The position numbers were made by a program, and so were the translations under genes. Shown piece by piece: positions 1 through 10,453 of a stretch of 64,000 nucleotides of DNA. The DNA comes from Methanomassiliicoccaceae archaeon (GTDB lineage Archaea; Thermoplasmatota; Thermoplasmata; Methanomassiliicoccales; Methanomassiliicoccaceae). The notes below the pieces were generated by a model. The model was not told the origin of the DNA. It did not search any database and saw nothing but the letters and a program-made list of their open reading frames with translations. Within the stretch, counting starts at the first letter, position 1; each line of letters starts with the position of its first letter. The stretch lies in NCBI GenBank assembly GCA_040776945.1, contig JAXGZN010000001.1, positions 960,001 to 1,024,000 of the forward strand, read 5' to 3'.

Positions 1-1195
1 GGTCCAGGTCGAAGACCTGAACCCCTTGGAACATGAGCTTGACCCTCTTCTCCCTTACCACCTTCCCGATGACAGTGGCCGGGACGTCCCACAGGTCGAA
101 GGTCTCCAGGATCTTCGGCACGTTGGCCTCCGGAGCGGCGAGCATCATGCGCTCCTGCGATTCCGACACCCATATCTCCCATGGGGCCAGTCCCGCCTCC
201 TTGAGGGGCACCTTGTCCAACTGGACGACGGCGCCGCATCCTCCTGCCAGTGCTATCTCTCCCACCACGCAGGATAGTCCGCCCCCGCCCAGGTCCTTGA
301 TGCCGCTCACGAGGCCTTGCTCATTGACCTCAAGGCAGGCGTGGATGGTCGGCTCCTTCGTGATGGGGTCTCCGAGCTGGACCGCGCCCCGGGACTCGTC
401 CTCCGATCTAGAGGAGAGCTCAGCGGAAGCGAACGTCACACCATGGATGCCGTCCCTGCCAGTGCGCCCGCCGACCAGGATAAGCACGTCCCCGGTCCCC
501 TTGACAGCGTTGTTCAGCAGCTTGTCCTTCCTCAGGAAGCCGACGCAGCCAACGTTGACCAGGCAGTTACCAGTGTAAGAGGGGTCGAAGAACACGCCTC
601 CGGCCACCGTCGGTATTCCGATGCGATTGCCATAATCGCGGATCCCCGAGACCACGCCCCCCATCAGATACTTCGGTAGCTTGACGCCAGGAGGCACTTC
701 CCTGAGATCGAGGGGGCCGAAGAACAGCGGATCGACGAGCGCGATGGGCTGGGCTCCCATGGCCAATACATCGCGGACGATCCCTCCGATGCCGGTGGCG
801 GCGCCCCCGTAAGGCTCGATGGCAGATGGATGGTTATGGCTCTCGATCCTCAGGGCATAGGCGTGCTCTTCATCAAAGGCCATGACCCCGGCGTCGCCCT
901 TCGACAAGATGTCAGGATGCTTGAGGCCGAAGATGTGTTCCCGAAGGAAGCGCTTCGAAGACTTGTAGCAACAATGCTCGCTCCATGCCTGAGCTATGGA
1001 TTCCAGCTCGACGTCGGTAGGCAGGCGCCCCTCTTTCTTAAAATAGGCCTTGACCGCCTCCAGCTCTTCCAGGCTGAGGTTTAGGCCCATGGTCCTGGAC
1101 ATCTCCATCAGCTGTTGGGGGGACGCGGAGAACAGATCGATATCATACAGGGAGAAGGGTACCGGCCTCTTCCGGGAAAGCTCCTTGGCGGACAT
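1..1195 (-). CDS. purL: Phosphoribosylformylglycinamidine synthase subunit PurL (runs off the left window edge)
   Basis: Manual translation from ATG 1195: [43 protein letters not shown]; directly downstream of purS. Missing from the ORF track because there is no stop in the window. Confidence 0.95.
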   Translation of the reverse strand, partial: MSAKELSRKRPVPFSLYDIDLFSASPQQLMEMSRTMGLNLSLEELEAVKAYFKKEGRLPTDVELESIAQAWSEHCCYKSSKRFLREHIFGLKHPDILSKGDAGVMAFDEEHAYALRIESHNHPSAIEPYGGAATGIGGIVRDVLAMGAQPIALVDPLFFGPLDLREVPPGVKLPKYLMGGVVSGIRDYGNRIGIPTVAGGVFFDPSYTGNCLVNVGCVGFLRKDKLLNNAVKGTGDVLILVGGRTGRDGIHGVTFASAELSSRSEDESRGAVQLGDPITKEPTIHACLEVNEQGLVSGIKDLGGGGLSCVVGEIALAGGCGAVVQLDKVPLKEAGLAPWEIWVSESQERMMLAAPEANVPKILETFDLWDVPATVIGKVVREKRVKLMFQGVQVFDLD

Positions 1196-1203
1196 GCTCT
1201 CCC

Positions 1204-1455
1204 TCACTTCAGCTCGACGGTGTACGTTTGGATGACCGGATTGGCCAGGAGCTTGCGGCACATCTCTTCGCAGGCCGCTCGGGCCTCCTCCGCGCCCATA
1301 TCGAGCTCCATCTCGAAGACCTTGATCGTCTTGACGCTCTTCACGCCCTTGAACCCAAGAAGCTCCAACGCCTTCCTGGTGTTCTCACCCTCGGGGTCGG
1401 CGACCCCGTGCTTCAGCACAATGCGGATCTCGGCCTTCACCACGGTCAGCACCAC
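1204..1455 (-). CDS. purS: FGAM synthase subunit PurS
   Basis: [10 protein letters not shown] and KLLANPVI motifs; adjacent to purL. Confidence 0.93.
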   Translation of the reverse strand: MVLTVVKAEIRIVLKHGVADPEGENTRKALELLGFKGVKSVKTIKVFEMELDMGAEEARAACEEMCRKLLANPVIQTYTVELK

Positions 1456-1521
1456 GTCTGAAATGGCCTCGGATACTTAACAGTTTATCTGGCGGGCCCA
1501 TCGGGCCCGCCGTAATGTCCC

Positions 1522-2616
1522 TTAGTCCCCGGCGGTGATGACGAGCGGCCAGCTCATAAGAGCGATCAGCGTTGTGTCCCGTTCCGAGGCGGTGCACGAG
1601 GCCATGGGGTTCTGGACCGCGGCGTTCAGGGGAAGCAGCATCTAGGGCTCCGGGCTCAGGGAAACGTCCACATTGTTCTGGACGACGCATCTCAAGTTGT
1701 CCATTTTGCCGAAGAAGTAAGCCTTGTACCCGGCGATCTCCTCGGCGGTGGCCGCTCCGAGGGCGATATAATCCATGGCGCCCGGCGCGGTGACGTCCAC
1801 CGCCACCCATCCGTAATTGGGCAGGTAGAACTCGGACCAGAAGTGGGTCCCGGTACCTCCGGCGAACATCTGGTACCCGCCGCAGCTTCGGACCGGAACG
1901 CCCAGGGAGCGCAGCAGCGCGCAGCAGTACATCGACTGTGCGCCGCAGTCGCCGTAGCGGTGCCCATGAACATACGCCGATTCTGGAACGTCCATGGAGG
2001 ACAGAGAGATGTGTGGCATGAAGCTGTAGGCTATGTTCTCGATCACGTAGTAATAGAGAAGCTTGGCCTGCAGGTATGGGTCGGTCTCCACGCCGACGAC
2101 CTTCTTGGTCTTGACGGCGACATCCGAGAATATCAGGATGTTCCCGCCCGGTCCTTCCACTCATGATACAGCGTCATGTTGCGGTAGGCGATGTTGTTCG
2201 CAATGCTGATTAAGAACCGCCCTCTCCATCGTTTCGTATCCTCTCGATGTCAGGGGCGTCGAGCCAGGCGTTGCGATCATGTCCTGGATCCCATGGGAAG
2301 GTCCCGGCGAGCGGCTCCTCGGCCTCACGGCGATCGAGGCCGTACTCCAGGAGGACCCTATCAGCTTTGAACTTCCAGTTGAGCGCCTCGAGAGCGGATG
2401 CCCCATTGCCGGCGTCCAGATGCATGCGGTGGGGCGGGTGAAGTAATCCGAAGACGCGCCGGAGTTGGAACTGCGGAACTCATTGATGCCCTCAAGGAAC
2501 TGGAGGTCTGGTGATGATCGAGCCGTTTTTTCAAAGAGGATGAGCGAGGTAGGCGTCACCATCATCGCCGCCAGGGCGATGGAGGCGATCGCCTGATCTG
2601 CGGAGAGCTCGGACAT
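1522..2616 (-). pseudogene. Fragmented transglutaminase-like (Cys-His-Asp) exported protein
   Basis: Catalytic core GDCGAQ..HFWSEFY..GWVAVDVT in 1642-2160; upstream parts lie in other frames (2616-~2430, 2425-2210); in-frame TAG at 1642-1644 followed by 39 sense codons to TAA at 1522. Confidence 0.7.
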
Positions 2617-2811
2617 GCCGAAAATATTATGGGCCGACTATGAAGGTTCGAGCATGACCATCACGCGATTTCCGTTCGTGAAGGGTCGGCCAGAGCGCCT
2701 CGGTGCTGCTTGAGCCTCGATGCCCGAGGTCCCGTCAAGGGAACCGGTCCGTGAACATAGGTCGCCATGAAGGTGTCGCGCCCTATGGACGCCTGGACCG
2801 CCGGCGGGACG

Positions 2812-3462
2812 TCAAGGTCGCAGGCCGTACAGAGGAATGGCCTGGGAGATCCCCTGAAGAACGAAGTTGATGGCGACAGCCGCTAGGAGCAGGCCCATGA
2901 TCCTGGAGAACGCCATCGCCCCTGAGCGCCCCATCATATTGAATATGCGGTCGGAGTGGACCAGCGCCTCATAGGATATGACCACCGTGAGCAATATCGC
3001 GATCGATATCACTGCCATTCGAACGATCGCCTCCGTGGTGATCAAGGCATCGGAGACCAGGATCATGACCGTGGTGATCGCGCCAGGCCCGGCGAACATA
3101 GGGATACCAAGGGGGACTATGCCCACCGAGTCCTTCTGCAGCGCCTCCTCGTGCTCCTCATCGGTGAGCTTGGTCTTCGACTTCTGGCCGTTGAGCATGG
3201 AGAACGCGATGCTGAACAACAGGATGCCCCCGGCGATGCGGAACGCTGGGATGGTGATGCCATAGAGCCCGAAGATCCACTGGCCGAACAGCGCGAAGAT
3301 GAAGAGCACGAGAGCGGTCACGATGCTGGTCTTGGCCGCGACACGTTTCTTGTCCTCTCGCGAATATCCTTCGGTCACCGCGTAGAAGAACGGGATGTTG
3401 CCTATCGGGTTGACGATGGCGAACACCGTAGCGAAGGCCGAGATCGCGAACTCCGGTTCCAC
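2812..3462 (-). CDS. MarC family membrane protein
   Basis: IVNPIGNIP, FRIAGGILL and VPLGIPMFAGPGAI motifs; about 6 TM segments. Confidence 0.92.
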   Translation of the reverse strand: MEPEFAISAFATVFAIVNPIGNIPFFYAVTEGYSREDKKRVAAKTSIVTALVLFIFALFGQWIFGLYGITIPAFRIAGGILLFSIAFSMLNGQKSKTKLTDEEHEEALQKDSVGIVPLGIPMFAGPGAITTVMILVSDALITTEAIVRMAVISIAILLTVVISYEALVHSDRIFNMMGRSGAMAFSRIMGLLLAAVAINFVLQGISQAIPLYGLRP

Positions 3463-3507
3463 GAGCCACCGAGGGGCATGTGAATATATAATTGCGAGGG
3501 ACGGACA

Positions 3508-4272
3508 TCAATCCCTTGACGGCCGGCGGGCGAACACCAGGTATCCAGTATGGGCGAGGTTCTCGTACGACGGCCGCACCCCTCCCGGATGGACCTCCAT
3601 GGAGCGCTGGATGTTCTCCAGCGCCACGACCTCCAGATAGCCGCGGTCGCGGAGCCCGCACACCAGCCCCTCGACCTGGTTGGCGTTCGGCACGAACCCT
3701 GCGAAGTGGCCCCCCGGGCGGAGAAAGCGGTCGACGTTGTCCAGGGCCTGCCATGGGTCCGGCATGTCCAGGGCCACAGCGTCTACGGCCATGCCGAGCT
3801 CGATGCCCTTTACATCGCCGACGCGAAGGTCCCAATACGGCGATAGGCCGGCACGTTCCACGTTCCTCCTGGCCCGTTGGGCGAAATCATCGCGGACCTC
3901 CACCGAGACAACCTTCCCCGAAGGCATGACCGCGTTCAAGAGGGCCATGGTCAGCCCCGCCGATCCGACCCCTGCCTCCAGGACGACATCGCCGGACCTC
4001 AGGCCAAGGTTGAACACGATGGTCGCGGCGTCCTTGGGAGTGATGATCTGCGGTCCTCGTTCAAGGGACGCCATCAGCTGGGCCACGGTAGCGGTCAGCG
4101 CGCGGAAGTCCTTTCCTGCGAGCTTGATGAGCGAGCCGTCCTCGCGTCCGATGATCTTGGTGCCGTCCACCACACCCAGGCCCGGTACCTTGATCATCTC
4201 CTTCCGGAGCTGGATCCAATAGCGTCGGTCCCTGTCGTCTAGCAGGTAGATGAGGTCGCCCTCGGAGAGCAT
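3508..4272 (-). CDS. trmI: tRNA (adenine-N1)-methyltransferase TrmI
   Basis: PQIITPKD, EAGVGSA and LDMPDPW motifs; C-terminal HTGYL. Confidence 0.92.
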   Translation of the reverse strand: MLSEGDLIYLLDDRDRRYWIQLRKEMIKVPGLGVVDGTKIIGREDGSLIKLAGKDFRALTATVAQLMASLERGPQIITPKDAATIVFNLGLRSGDVVLEAGVGSAGLTMALLNAVMPSGKVVSVEVRDDFAQRARRNVERAGLSPYWDLRVGDVKGIELGMAVDAVALDMPDPWQALDNVDRFLRPGGHFAGFVPNANQVEGLVCGLRDRGYLEVVALENIQRSMEVHPGGVRPSYENLAHTGYLVFARRPSRD

Positions 4273-4438
4273 GACGCTGCAAGTGGAGCAATGGACAAAA
4301 GGTTATCGCCGGCGGCGTCCTCATCATGAACGACCAACGCCCTTAGGCCTCCTAACGGGAACGCCGGGACGCTGTCAGACCTCGCCAGTGCCTGCAGCTC
4401 GGAAAGGATTTTATAGAGTTACACCAATGGCCGCTCAC

Positions 4439-4645
4439 ATGGCAGAGGTCGCTTTCCCTGAGAAGGCCCAGAAGGTCCTATCCATCCTCCTCATCATCGG
4501 AGCGGTGGCCGTATACTTCGGATGGGCGATCGCCTTCGGAGGATGGAACCTTTTCGAGCGCCGTTTCATCCCGGTATATGCCATAGTTTCGGTCATGCTG
4601 CTCTTCGGCGGACTTGGCCTTCTGCTTCTGAAGCACAGGGATTGA
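4439..4645 (+). CDS. Small two-TM membrane protein (68 aa)
   Basis: Two hydrophobic helices; BRE/TATA-like GGAAAGGATTTTATA upstream; start re-placed to ATG 4439. Confidence 0.7.
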   Translation: MAEVAFPEKAQKVLSILLIIGAVAVYFGWAIAFGGWNLFERRFIPVYAIVSVMLLFGGLGLLLLKHRD

Positions 4646-4690
4646 GCGGGAACCGATAACTAGAGGCCCGACAATCTAGGGGCCGATCCC

Positions 4691-5161
4691 ATGGAAGACC
4701 AGGAAGTAATGGCCAGATCTCTGGCCTTCGAGAAGTCTCTGAACTACCGCTTCAACGACCTCGACCTTTTGACCGGCGCTCTGGTCAGCAGCGGGTACCC
4801 CAACGAGAACAAGCTTTTCTTCCCAAAGTATCGCCACGCGGTACTGGCCAACCTAGGCGACACGATCATAGACGTGCTCGCGACCGAATTCCTGATCCGT
4901 GAAAAGCAGATGACGGACGCAGGCCAGATCACGATCCAGAGGAACAGGATGGTGAGCGGCCACAGCCTCAATGAGCTTGCCGCCCCTATACTGCAGTTCT
5001 TGGTCATGACCAGCGGGGAGAGGAACGAGCTGGAGAGCAGCAGCATTCCCGGAGAGGCGGTGGAGGCTCTCGTCGGCGCCCTTTATCTGGACGGCGGCCT
5101 GCCCGCCGCCAGGCGCCTTCTGGAGATGCTCGGGTTCTTCGAGAGGAGATATGAGGAGTGA
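4691..5161 (+). CDS. Stand-alone ribonuclease III domain protein (no dsRBD)
   Basis: LNYRFNDLDLL..AL, LANLGD, GEAVEALVGALYLDGG. Confidence 0.85.
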   Translation: MEDQEVMARSLAFEKSLNYRFNDLDLLTGALVSSGYPNENKLFFPKYRHAVLANLGDTIIDVLATEFLIREKQMTDAGQITIQRNRMVSGHSLNELAAPILQFLVMTSGERNELESSSIPGEAVEALVGALYLDGGLPAARRLLEMLGFFERRYEE

Positions 5162-5164
5162 GGG

Positions 5165-6568
5165 TCACATCGCCCGGGCGGCGTAGACCACGGTATCGGT
5201 CTCCTGGCCGCAGCCGAGGCACTTGCCCCGGAACTCTTCCTTGACGTACGGCGAGCCGAGTATCTTCAGCTCGGTGCGCTCCTCGATCTTGCGGCCGCAC
5301 CCCTGCTCTCCGCACCATCCAAAGCGAAGCCACTTCTCCGGGACCTCATCAAGGTCAAGGCTTTCCACCGTAACGACGCTCTCGTCCATGAACCTCTGGG
5401 CCTTGGCGCGCATGTCCTTGGCGATGAGATCAAGCATGGAGCGGACCTCGGCGGCAACCTCGGGGCGGGCGAAACCGCCTTTCCTTCCGTCGTCTCTGCG
5501 GGCGTACGCCACCATCCCCTTCTCGATGTCCCTGGCTCCCAGCTCGAGCCGCAGCGGCACGCCTTTCTGCTCCCATTTGAAGAACTTGGCCCCAGGACGC
5601 TCATCGCTCTCGTCCAGCATGACCCTGATGCCCGCCCTCTTAAGTTCGTCCCGGAGCTCGCGGGCCTTGGCCCCCACTTCCTCCACGTTCCCCTTGGCCA
5701 GGATGGGCACGATGACCACCTGGAAAGGTGCGATGGCCGGGGGGAGCACGAGGCCCCGGTCATCACCGTGTACGCCTACCACGGAGCCGAGGAGCCGCTC
5801 GGACATCCCGTATGTGGTCTGATGGACATACTTGGTGCTTCCGTCGACGTCCTCGTACTTGATATCGAACGGCCTGGAGAAGTTCTCCCGATAATGATGG
5901 ATCGAGCCGAGCTGCAGGCTGCGCCCTCTCATCATGGCGGTGTCTATGCCCACGGTATAGTACGCTCCGGGGAACTTGTCCCATTCGGTGCGGCGCAGGA
6001 GCATGTAAGGCAGGCACAGCTCCCGCATCAGGTTCTCCAGTATGACGAAGTCCTCCTCCACCTGGCGCTGGGCGTCGGCCTCGTCCACGTGGCAGGTGTG
6101 TGACTCGAAGAAGTGGATCTCCCGGACCCTGATGAACGCCCTGGTCTGCTTGGTCTCGTACCTGAAGGTGTTGACGATCTGGTATATCTTGAGCGGCAGG
6201 TCGCCGTGGGACCGCACCCATATGGAGAACATGGGATACATGGCCGTTTCGGACGTCGGGCGAAGGATCAAGGGGATGTCCAGCTCATTCAGCCCGGCAT
6301 GGGTGACCCAGTACACCTCTGCGTCGAAGCCCTTGATATGGTCCTTCTCCTTCTGGAACTCGGACTTCGGTATCAGCAGGGGGAAGGAGACCTCATCGTG
6401 ATTGGTTGCGTCCAGTTCCTGACGGATGAAGGCATCGATGTGCTGCATGACCTTCCAACCGTACGGCGGCCACACGTTCATTCCCTTGATCGGATAGCGC
6501 TTATCGGTGAGGCCGGCCTGCTCCACGAGGTCGTTGTACCACTCGCTGAAGTTCTCTTCCTTCTTCAT
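5165..6568 (-). CDS. proS: Proline--tRNA ligase (archaeal/eukaryotic type)
   Basis: FSEWY, LRPTSET, FRYETK, FIRVRE; C-terminal Zn motif and ARAM end. Confidence 0.97.
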   Translation of the reverse strand: MKKEENFSEWYNDLVEQAGLTDKRYPIKGMNVWPPYGWKVMQHIDAFIRQELDATNHDEVSFPLLIPKSEFQKEKDHIKGFDAEVYWVTHAGLNELDIPLILRPTSETAMYPMFSIWVRSHGDLPLKIYQIVNTFRYETKQTRAFIRVREIHFFESHTCHVDEADAQRQVEEDFVILENLMRELCLPYMLLRRTEWDKFPGAYYTVGIDTAMMRGRSLQLGSIHHYRENFSRPFDIKYEDVDGSTKYVHQTTYGMSERLLGSVVGVHGDDRGLVLPPAIAPFQVVIVPILAKGNVEEVGAKARELRDELKRAGIRVMLDESDERPGAKFFKWEQKGVPLRLELGARDIEKGMVAYARRDDGRKGGFARPEVAAEVRSMLDLIAKDMRAKAQRFMDESVVTVESLDLDEVPEKWLRFGWCGEQGCGRKIEERTELKILGSPYVKEEFRGKCLGCGQETDTVVYAARAM

Positions 6569-6633
6569 CGCTCACACCTGAATAGGTCCACGGAATATTG
6601 TTCTAGTTAAATAAGGTTCGACGCGCCCGGAGA

Positions 6634-7500
6634 TCACCGCAAGGCCTTCGCGATCTGGGAGGCGACCGATATGACCGACACCTCGTTCTCGATCGTGTTG
6701 GTCGAGAACACCGCGTTGCAGCACTTCCTCAGGCGGTCGAGTGCTCCCTTGGCGAACAGCCCATGGGTGCATACGGCGGTGACGCTCTTGGCCCCCAATA
6801 TCTTCAGCTGGTTGGCAGCCGCCTCGATGGTCCCTCCAGTCGATATGATGTCGTCCACGATCAGAGCGTTCTTGTCCTTGGCGTCCATGTTCTTGGGGGC
6901 CATGCGGACGACCTCCCCGGACAGCCTGGTCTTCTCCAGGTGGTCGAACTCCGCCCCGATCACCCGAGCCACCTCTCCTGCCCGCTGCAGTGCCCCCTTG
7001 TCCGGAGCGAGCACGAGATCGATCCCGTGCCCGTTGAAGAACTGCCCTATGCATGGGGCCCCATGCACGTCGTACGCATCCCCTGAGAACCATTCGAGCA
7101 CCTTGGGCTTGTGGATATCCACGCTGACCAACCGCTTGGAGGAGCTGTTAAGGACGCGCATCATGACCTTGGCGCTCAGCGCCTCGCCCTTCTTGAACCG
7201 CTCGTCCTGCCTGGCGTAACCGAAGTAGGGGACCACAGTGGTGACCTTTCTAGCTCCCAGCCCAACGGCCGCGTCCTGGAGCAGCAGAAGCTCGACCAAA
7301 CTGCTGTCGGGATGAGAGTTCTGGACCACGACCACCTCATCATCGATTTCCTCCGACTCGATGCGCACATAGCATTCCCCGTCGGGAAAGCGGGAGGTGG
7401 TAGCCTGGACGTGCTTGCACCCCATTTCATTGGCCAGGTCCTGGGCCAGAGCTCTGGATGAGGAGCCTCCGACGATCATCATCGCCAAGGGCATCGTCAT
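6634..7500 (-). CDS. prs: Ribose-phosphate pyrophosphokinase
   Basis: FPDGE, PYFGYARQD, VDDIISTGGT. Confidence 0.96.
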   Translation of the reverse strand: MTMPLAMMIVGGSSSRALAQDLANEMGCKHVQATTSRFPDGECYVRIESEEIDDEVVVVQNSHPDSSLVELLLLQDAAVGLGARKVTTVVPYFGYARQDERFKKGEALSAKVMMRVLNSSSKRLVSVDIHKPKVLEWFSGDAYDVHGAPCIGQFFNGHGIDLVLAPDKGALQRAGEVARVIGAEFDHLEKTRLSGEVVRMAPKNMDAKDKNALIVDDIISTGGTIEAAANQLKILGAKSVTAVCTHGLFAKGALDRLRKCCNAVFSTNTIENEVSVISVASQIAKALR

Positions 7501-7662
7501 GGCTCATTTAAACCCTACTGAATTGGCAACAGGAAATGACGCTGGACATCATCTCGAGCGGTGCCTCGCCCCGAGTCCAAGGCCCGGCCATCACGCAATC
7601 GTTATGCCAGCAAGCCGCCGCATGAAAACCTATTTATTCGCTCTTCCTGATACTCAAGCGGG

Positions 7663-9288
7663 ATGCACATGGATTCTGAGGCGGAAGCACCGCCCGTTGA
7701 GGATGTTCAGCGCAGCGATGCGTCCATCGAGGCTCCATCGACGGAGCCTCCGATGCAGGCCCCTGAGGCACCTTTGCCGGTCAGCGAGACCCCGGCCGGA
7801 TCGATCAGGAAGGCCCCCAAGGCCGAGGCCGAGGGAGCGGTTGGGATCATCTACGGTGACGTGGGCACATCAGCGTTCAATCTCAGCGTCATAGCGAACC
7901 TGGAGAAGATGGAGTATGTCATGGCCGAGCACGACACCGCGGGGTGGGTACTCGGCCAGGTCATGGACATGCAGCGTAAGACCGACCTCTCGCTCGACCG
8001 TGCGAAGATGATATCGCTCGGAGAGGACGTCATGATCCGAGAGCGGGTGACCGCGCTTATCAATGTCATCGGCTACCGTGACGAACGCGGCCTGCTGCAG
8101 GTGCCTCGGACTCCGTTCAAGGCCGGTCTGCCGGTCCTCAAGGCGACCGATGACCTCATCAAGAAGGTCATAGGGCTCAAGGAGAACACCCCCACCGGGG
8201 CGTACCTCGGTCTGCTCTTCGGCCACGACATCAGGGTGGAGATGGACATAAACTCCATGGTCCAGAAGCACGTGAGCATCCTGGCGAAGACCGGTGGCGG
8301 CAAGTCGTTCCTGTGCGGCGATCTGATCGAGGAGCTGATGAAGCATGACGTCACGGTTATGGTCCTGGACCCCCACGGCGAGTATGGAGCGATGAGGGAC
8401 GTCGGACACGTGGGCAAAGGCCATCGGGACTTCAAGGTGAGCGCGCGGGGATTCGAGGAACACATCCTTGAGTTCGCCACCGACACCGACGTGAACAAGA
8501 AGGCCAAGCCTCTGAGGTTCACGTTGGCGAACATAGAGGCGCACGACCTGCTCTCGCTGACCAGCATCAAGAACGGTAAGGCGTACCTTACCGCGCTGAG
8601 AAAGGCCATCGATGCCATCAAGAGTGTCAAGAAGGAGTATACCTTGAGGGACATCATCAGGGTCTTAGAGAGCGATGAGGAAGGCAACAACGCCGCCCTG
8701 GTGAACGAGCTGGTGTTCTTGGAGGACTGCAAGATCTTCGCCCCGTCGGGCACCCGCATCGACGAGCTCGTGGTGAAGGGAAAGATGACCATAATCAACC
8801 TCAAGGGCACCGAGCCGGAGATCGCCGAACTGATAGTGAACCGAATTTGCACCGCGCTGTTCGAGCTGCGAAAGCTCGGCAAGGTGCCGCCAATGATGCT
8901 TGTTGTGGAAGAGGCGCACAATTACTGTCCGCAGCAGGGGCTTGCGGCCTCGTCCAAGATCTTCCGCACAATCGCAGCTGAGGGCCGCAAGTTCGGCCTC
9001 GGCCTAACCATTATCAGCCAGCGTGCGGCCAAGATCGACAAGAACGTCCTCAGCCAGTGCAACACCCAGATGATACTGAAGGTAACCAATCCCAACGACC
9101 TCAAGGCCATAACCGCCTCGGTGGAAGGCCTGACTGCAGGGATGGCCGATGAGATCCAACGGCTGCCCATCGGGGTCGCGCTGGTCGTCGGCGGGAACAT
9201 CCAGATGCCGCTGTTCGTCGAGGTGCGGCCAAGGCAGAGCCGCCATGGCGGTGAGAGCGTGGAGATCATACCGACCAGGGACGACTGA
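7663..9288 (+). CDS. HerA/DUF87-family ATPase
   Basis: Walker A AKTGGGKS, LDPHGEY, VEEAH, EGRKFG, SQR motifs; N-terminal HAS-barrel-like region. Confidence 0.88.
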   Translation: MHMDSEAEAPPVEDVQRSDASIEAPSTEPPMQAPEAPLPVSETPAGSIRKAPKAEAEGAVGIIYGDVGTSAFNLSVIANLEKMEYVMAEHDTAGWVLGQVMDMQRKTDLSLDRAKMISLGEDVMIRERVTALINVIGYRDERGLLQVPRTPFKAGLPVLKATDDLIKKVIGLKENTPTGAYLGLLFGHDIRVEMDINSMVQKHVSILAKTGGGKSFLCGDLIEELMKHDVTVMVLDPHGEYGAMRDVGHVGKGHRDFKVSARGFEEHILEFATDTDVNKKAKPLRFTLANIEAHDLLSLTSIKNGKAYLTALRKAIDAIKSVKKEYTLRDIIRVLESDEEGNNAALVNELVFLEDCKIFAPSGTRIDELVVKGKMTIINLKGTEPEIAELIVNRICTALFELRKLGKVPPMMLVVEEAHNYCPQQGLAASSKIFRTIAAEGRKFGLGLTIISQRAAKIDKNVLSQCNTQMILKVTNPNDLKAITASVEGLTAGMADEIQRLPIGVALVVGGNIQMPLFVEVRPRQSRHGGESVEIIPTRDD

Positions 9289-9289
9289 C

Positions 9290-9583
9290 ATGCGGGACAC
9301 GATCTCGAGCGAGAAGATCGACAAATATCTAGATACTACCAAGCGCGCCCTGGACAAGCTGAAGATCGCCGCCCCCCCGCGCTCCTTCGGTCTCCGGATG
9401 GCCCAGGACTTCCTCAGCATGGCCACGTCATACTACAACGACGCGCTCCACTTCCGTTCCATCGGCGATTATGTCAATTCCTTCGCCAGCGTCAACTATG
9501 CCCACGGGTGGCTGGACTGTGGGGCCCGCATCGGCCTCTTCGATGTGGGCGAGGACGACAGGCTGTTCACATTGTACGAGTGA
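9290..9583 (+). CDS. DUF357 family protein
   Basis: MATSYYNDALHF..YAHGWLD.GARIG signature; ATG 1 nt after the HerA stop. Confidence 0.85.
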   Translation: MRDTISSEKIDKYLDTTKRALDKLKIAAPPRSFGLRMAQDFLSMATSYYNDALHFRSIGDYVNSFASVNYAHGWLDCGARIGLFDVGEDDRLFTLYE

Positions 9584-10453
9584 TCATTCCTGGCGGGCCA
9601 GGACCCTAGGTCCAATGAGGTCGAGCGATAGACGGAAGGTCGGCCCCAGATGGGCCCACCGTTCCTGGATCGCGTCCAGGTCCCCAGCTGCGAACACCGA
9701 GTTCCCGAGCATTATCATCGAGGCCATGCCCAGGCCGTCCGCCGCCCGCAGGGCCTCCCTGACCCGTTCTCCCGCGATTCCGCATCGTTCGGTGAACTCG
9801 CGGCTGAGCGTGAAGAACGAAACCGCGGTCGGATCGAGGTCCAACTTCCGCAGGCACTCTGTCCCCGCCTCCACGATCTCCGCGCGCTTCCTGGGATCAT
9901 GAAGGACGTCCGCGGTCCTAAGTTCCCCGCCGACCACCGCGGCCACGATGTCCCCGCTGTACTCCAAGCGGTCGATCTGGCCGTGTGGCGGGAGCCCTTG
10001 GCGGCGGCGGAAGGTCATCCCTCCGCGGGAGAGAGCGGCGACGTCTCCCAGGCCAGTATGGTGCCTTAGCTCCGCAAGGTGCGCGGCGGCGAAGGCATCC
10101 TCCGCGGGAAGGCCGAGGATGTCGGCCAGAGCGAAGGAGGCGGACAACGCTCCAGCGGCGCTCGTTCCGAAGCCCGCGATGGCGGGGAGATCTAGGAACG
10201 ATTCCACGGTGATATCGATGTCCATGTTCCCGAGGAGGAGCCCCACCGCGGTAGCGGTGACGCCGCCACCGCCTCTCACCCCATCGACCAGGACATCGAT
10301 CCTGCCGCTCCCCGGCCTGGAGGAGACCGTGGTGGTGACCCCCCGGTCGATGCATATGCCCGCTCCGCGGGAGCCGGTGAGCATGGGATTCTCATGCTCG
10401 CACGGCAGGAAGAAACCAGTGATGTGCCCGGGGCAAAAGGCCGTGACCCTCAT
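9584..10453 (-). CDS. pok: Pantoate kinase (GHMP family)
   Basis: FCPGHITGFF, GSRGAG, GFGTSAA, TGLGDV; ATGA overlap with coaBC. Confidence 0.9.
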   Translation of the reverse strand: MRVTAFCPGHITGFFLPCEHENPMLTGSRGAGICIDRGVTTTVSSRPGSGRIDVLVDGVRGGGGVTATAVGLLLGNMDIDITVESFLDLPAIAGFGTSAAGALSASFALADILGLPAEDAFAAAHLAELRHHTGLGDVAALSRGGMTFRRRQGLPPHGQIDRLEYSGDIVAAVVGGELRTADVLHDPRKRAEIVEAGTECLRKLDLDPTAVSFFTLSREFTERCGIAGERVREALRAADGLGMASMIMLGNSVFAAGDLDAIQERWAHLGPTFRLSLDLIGPRVLARQE

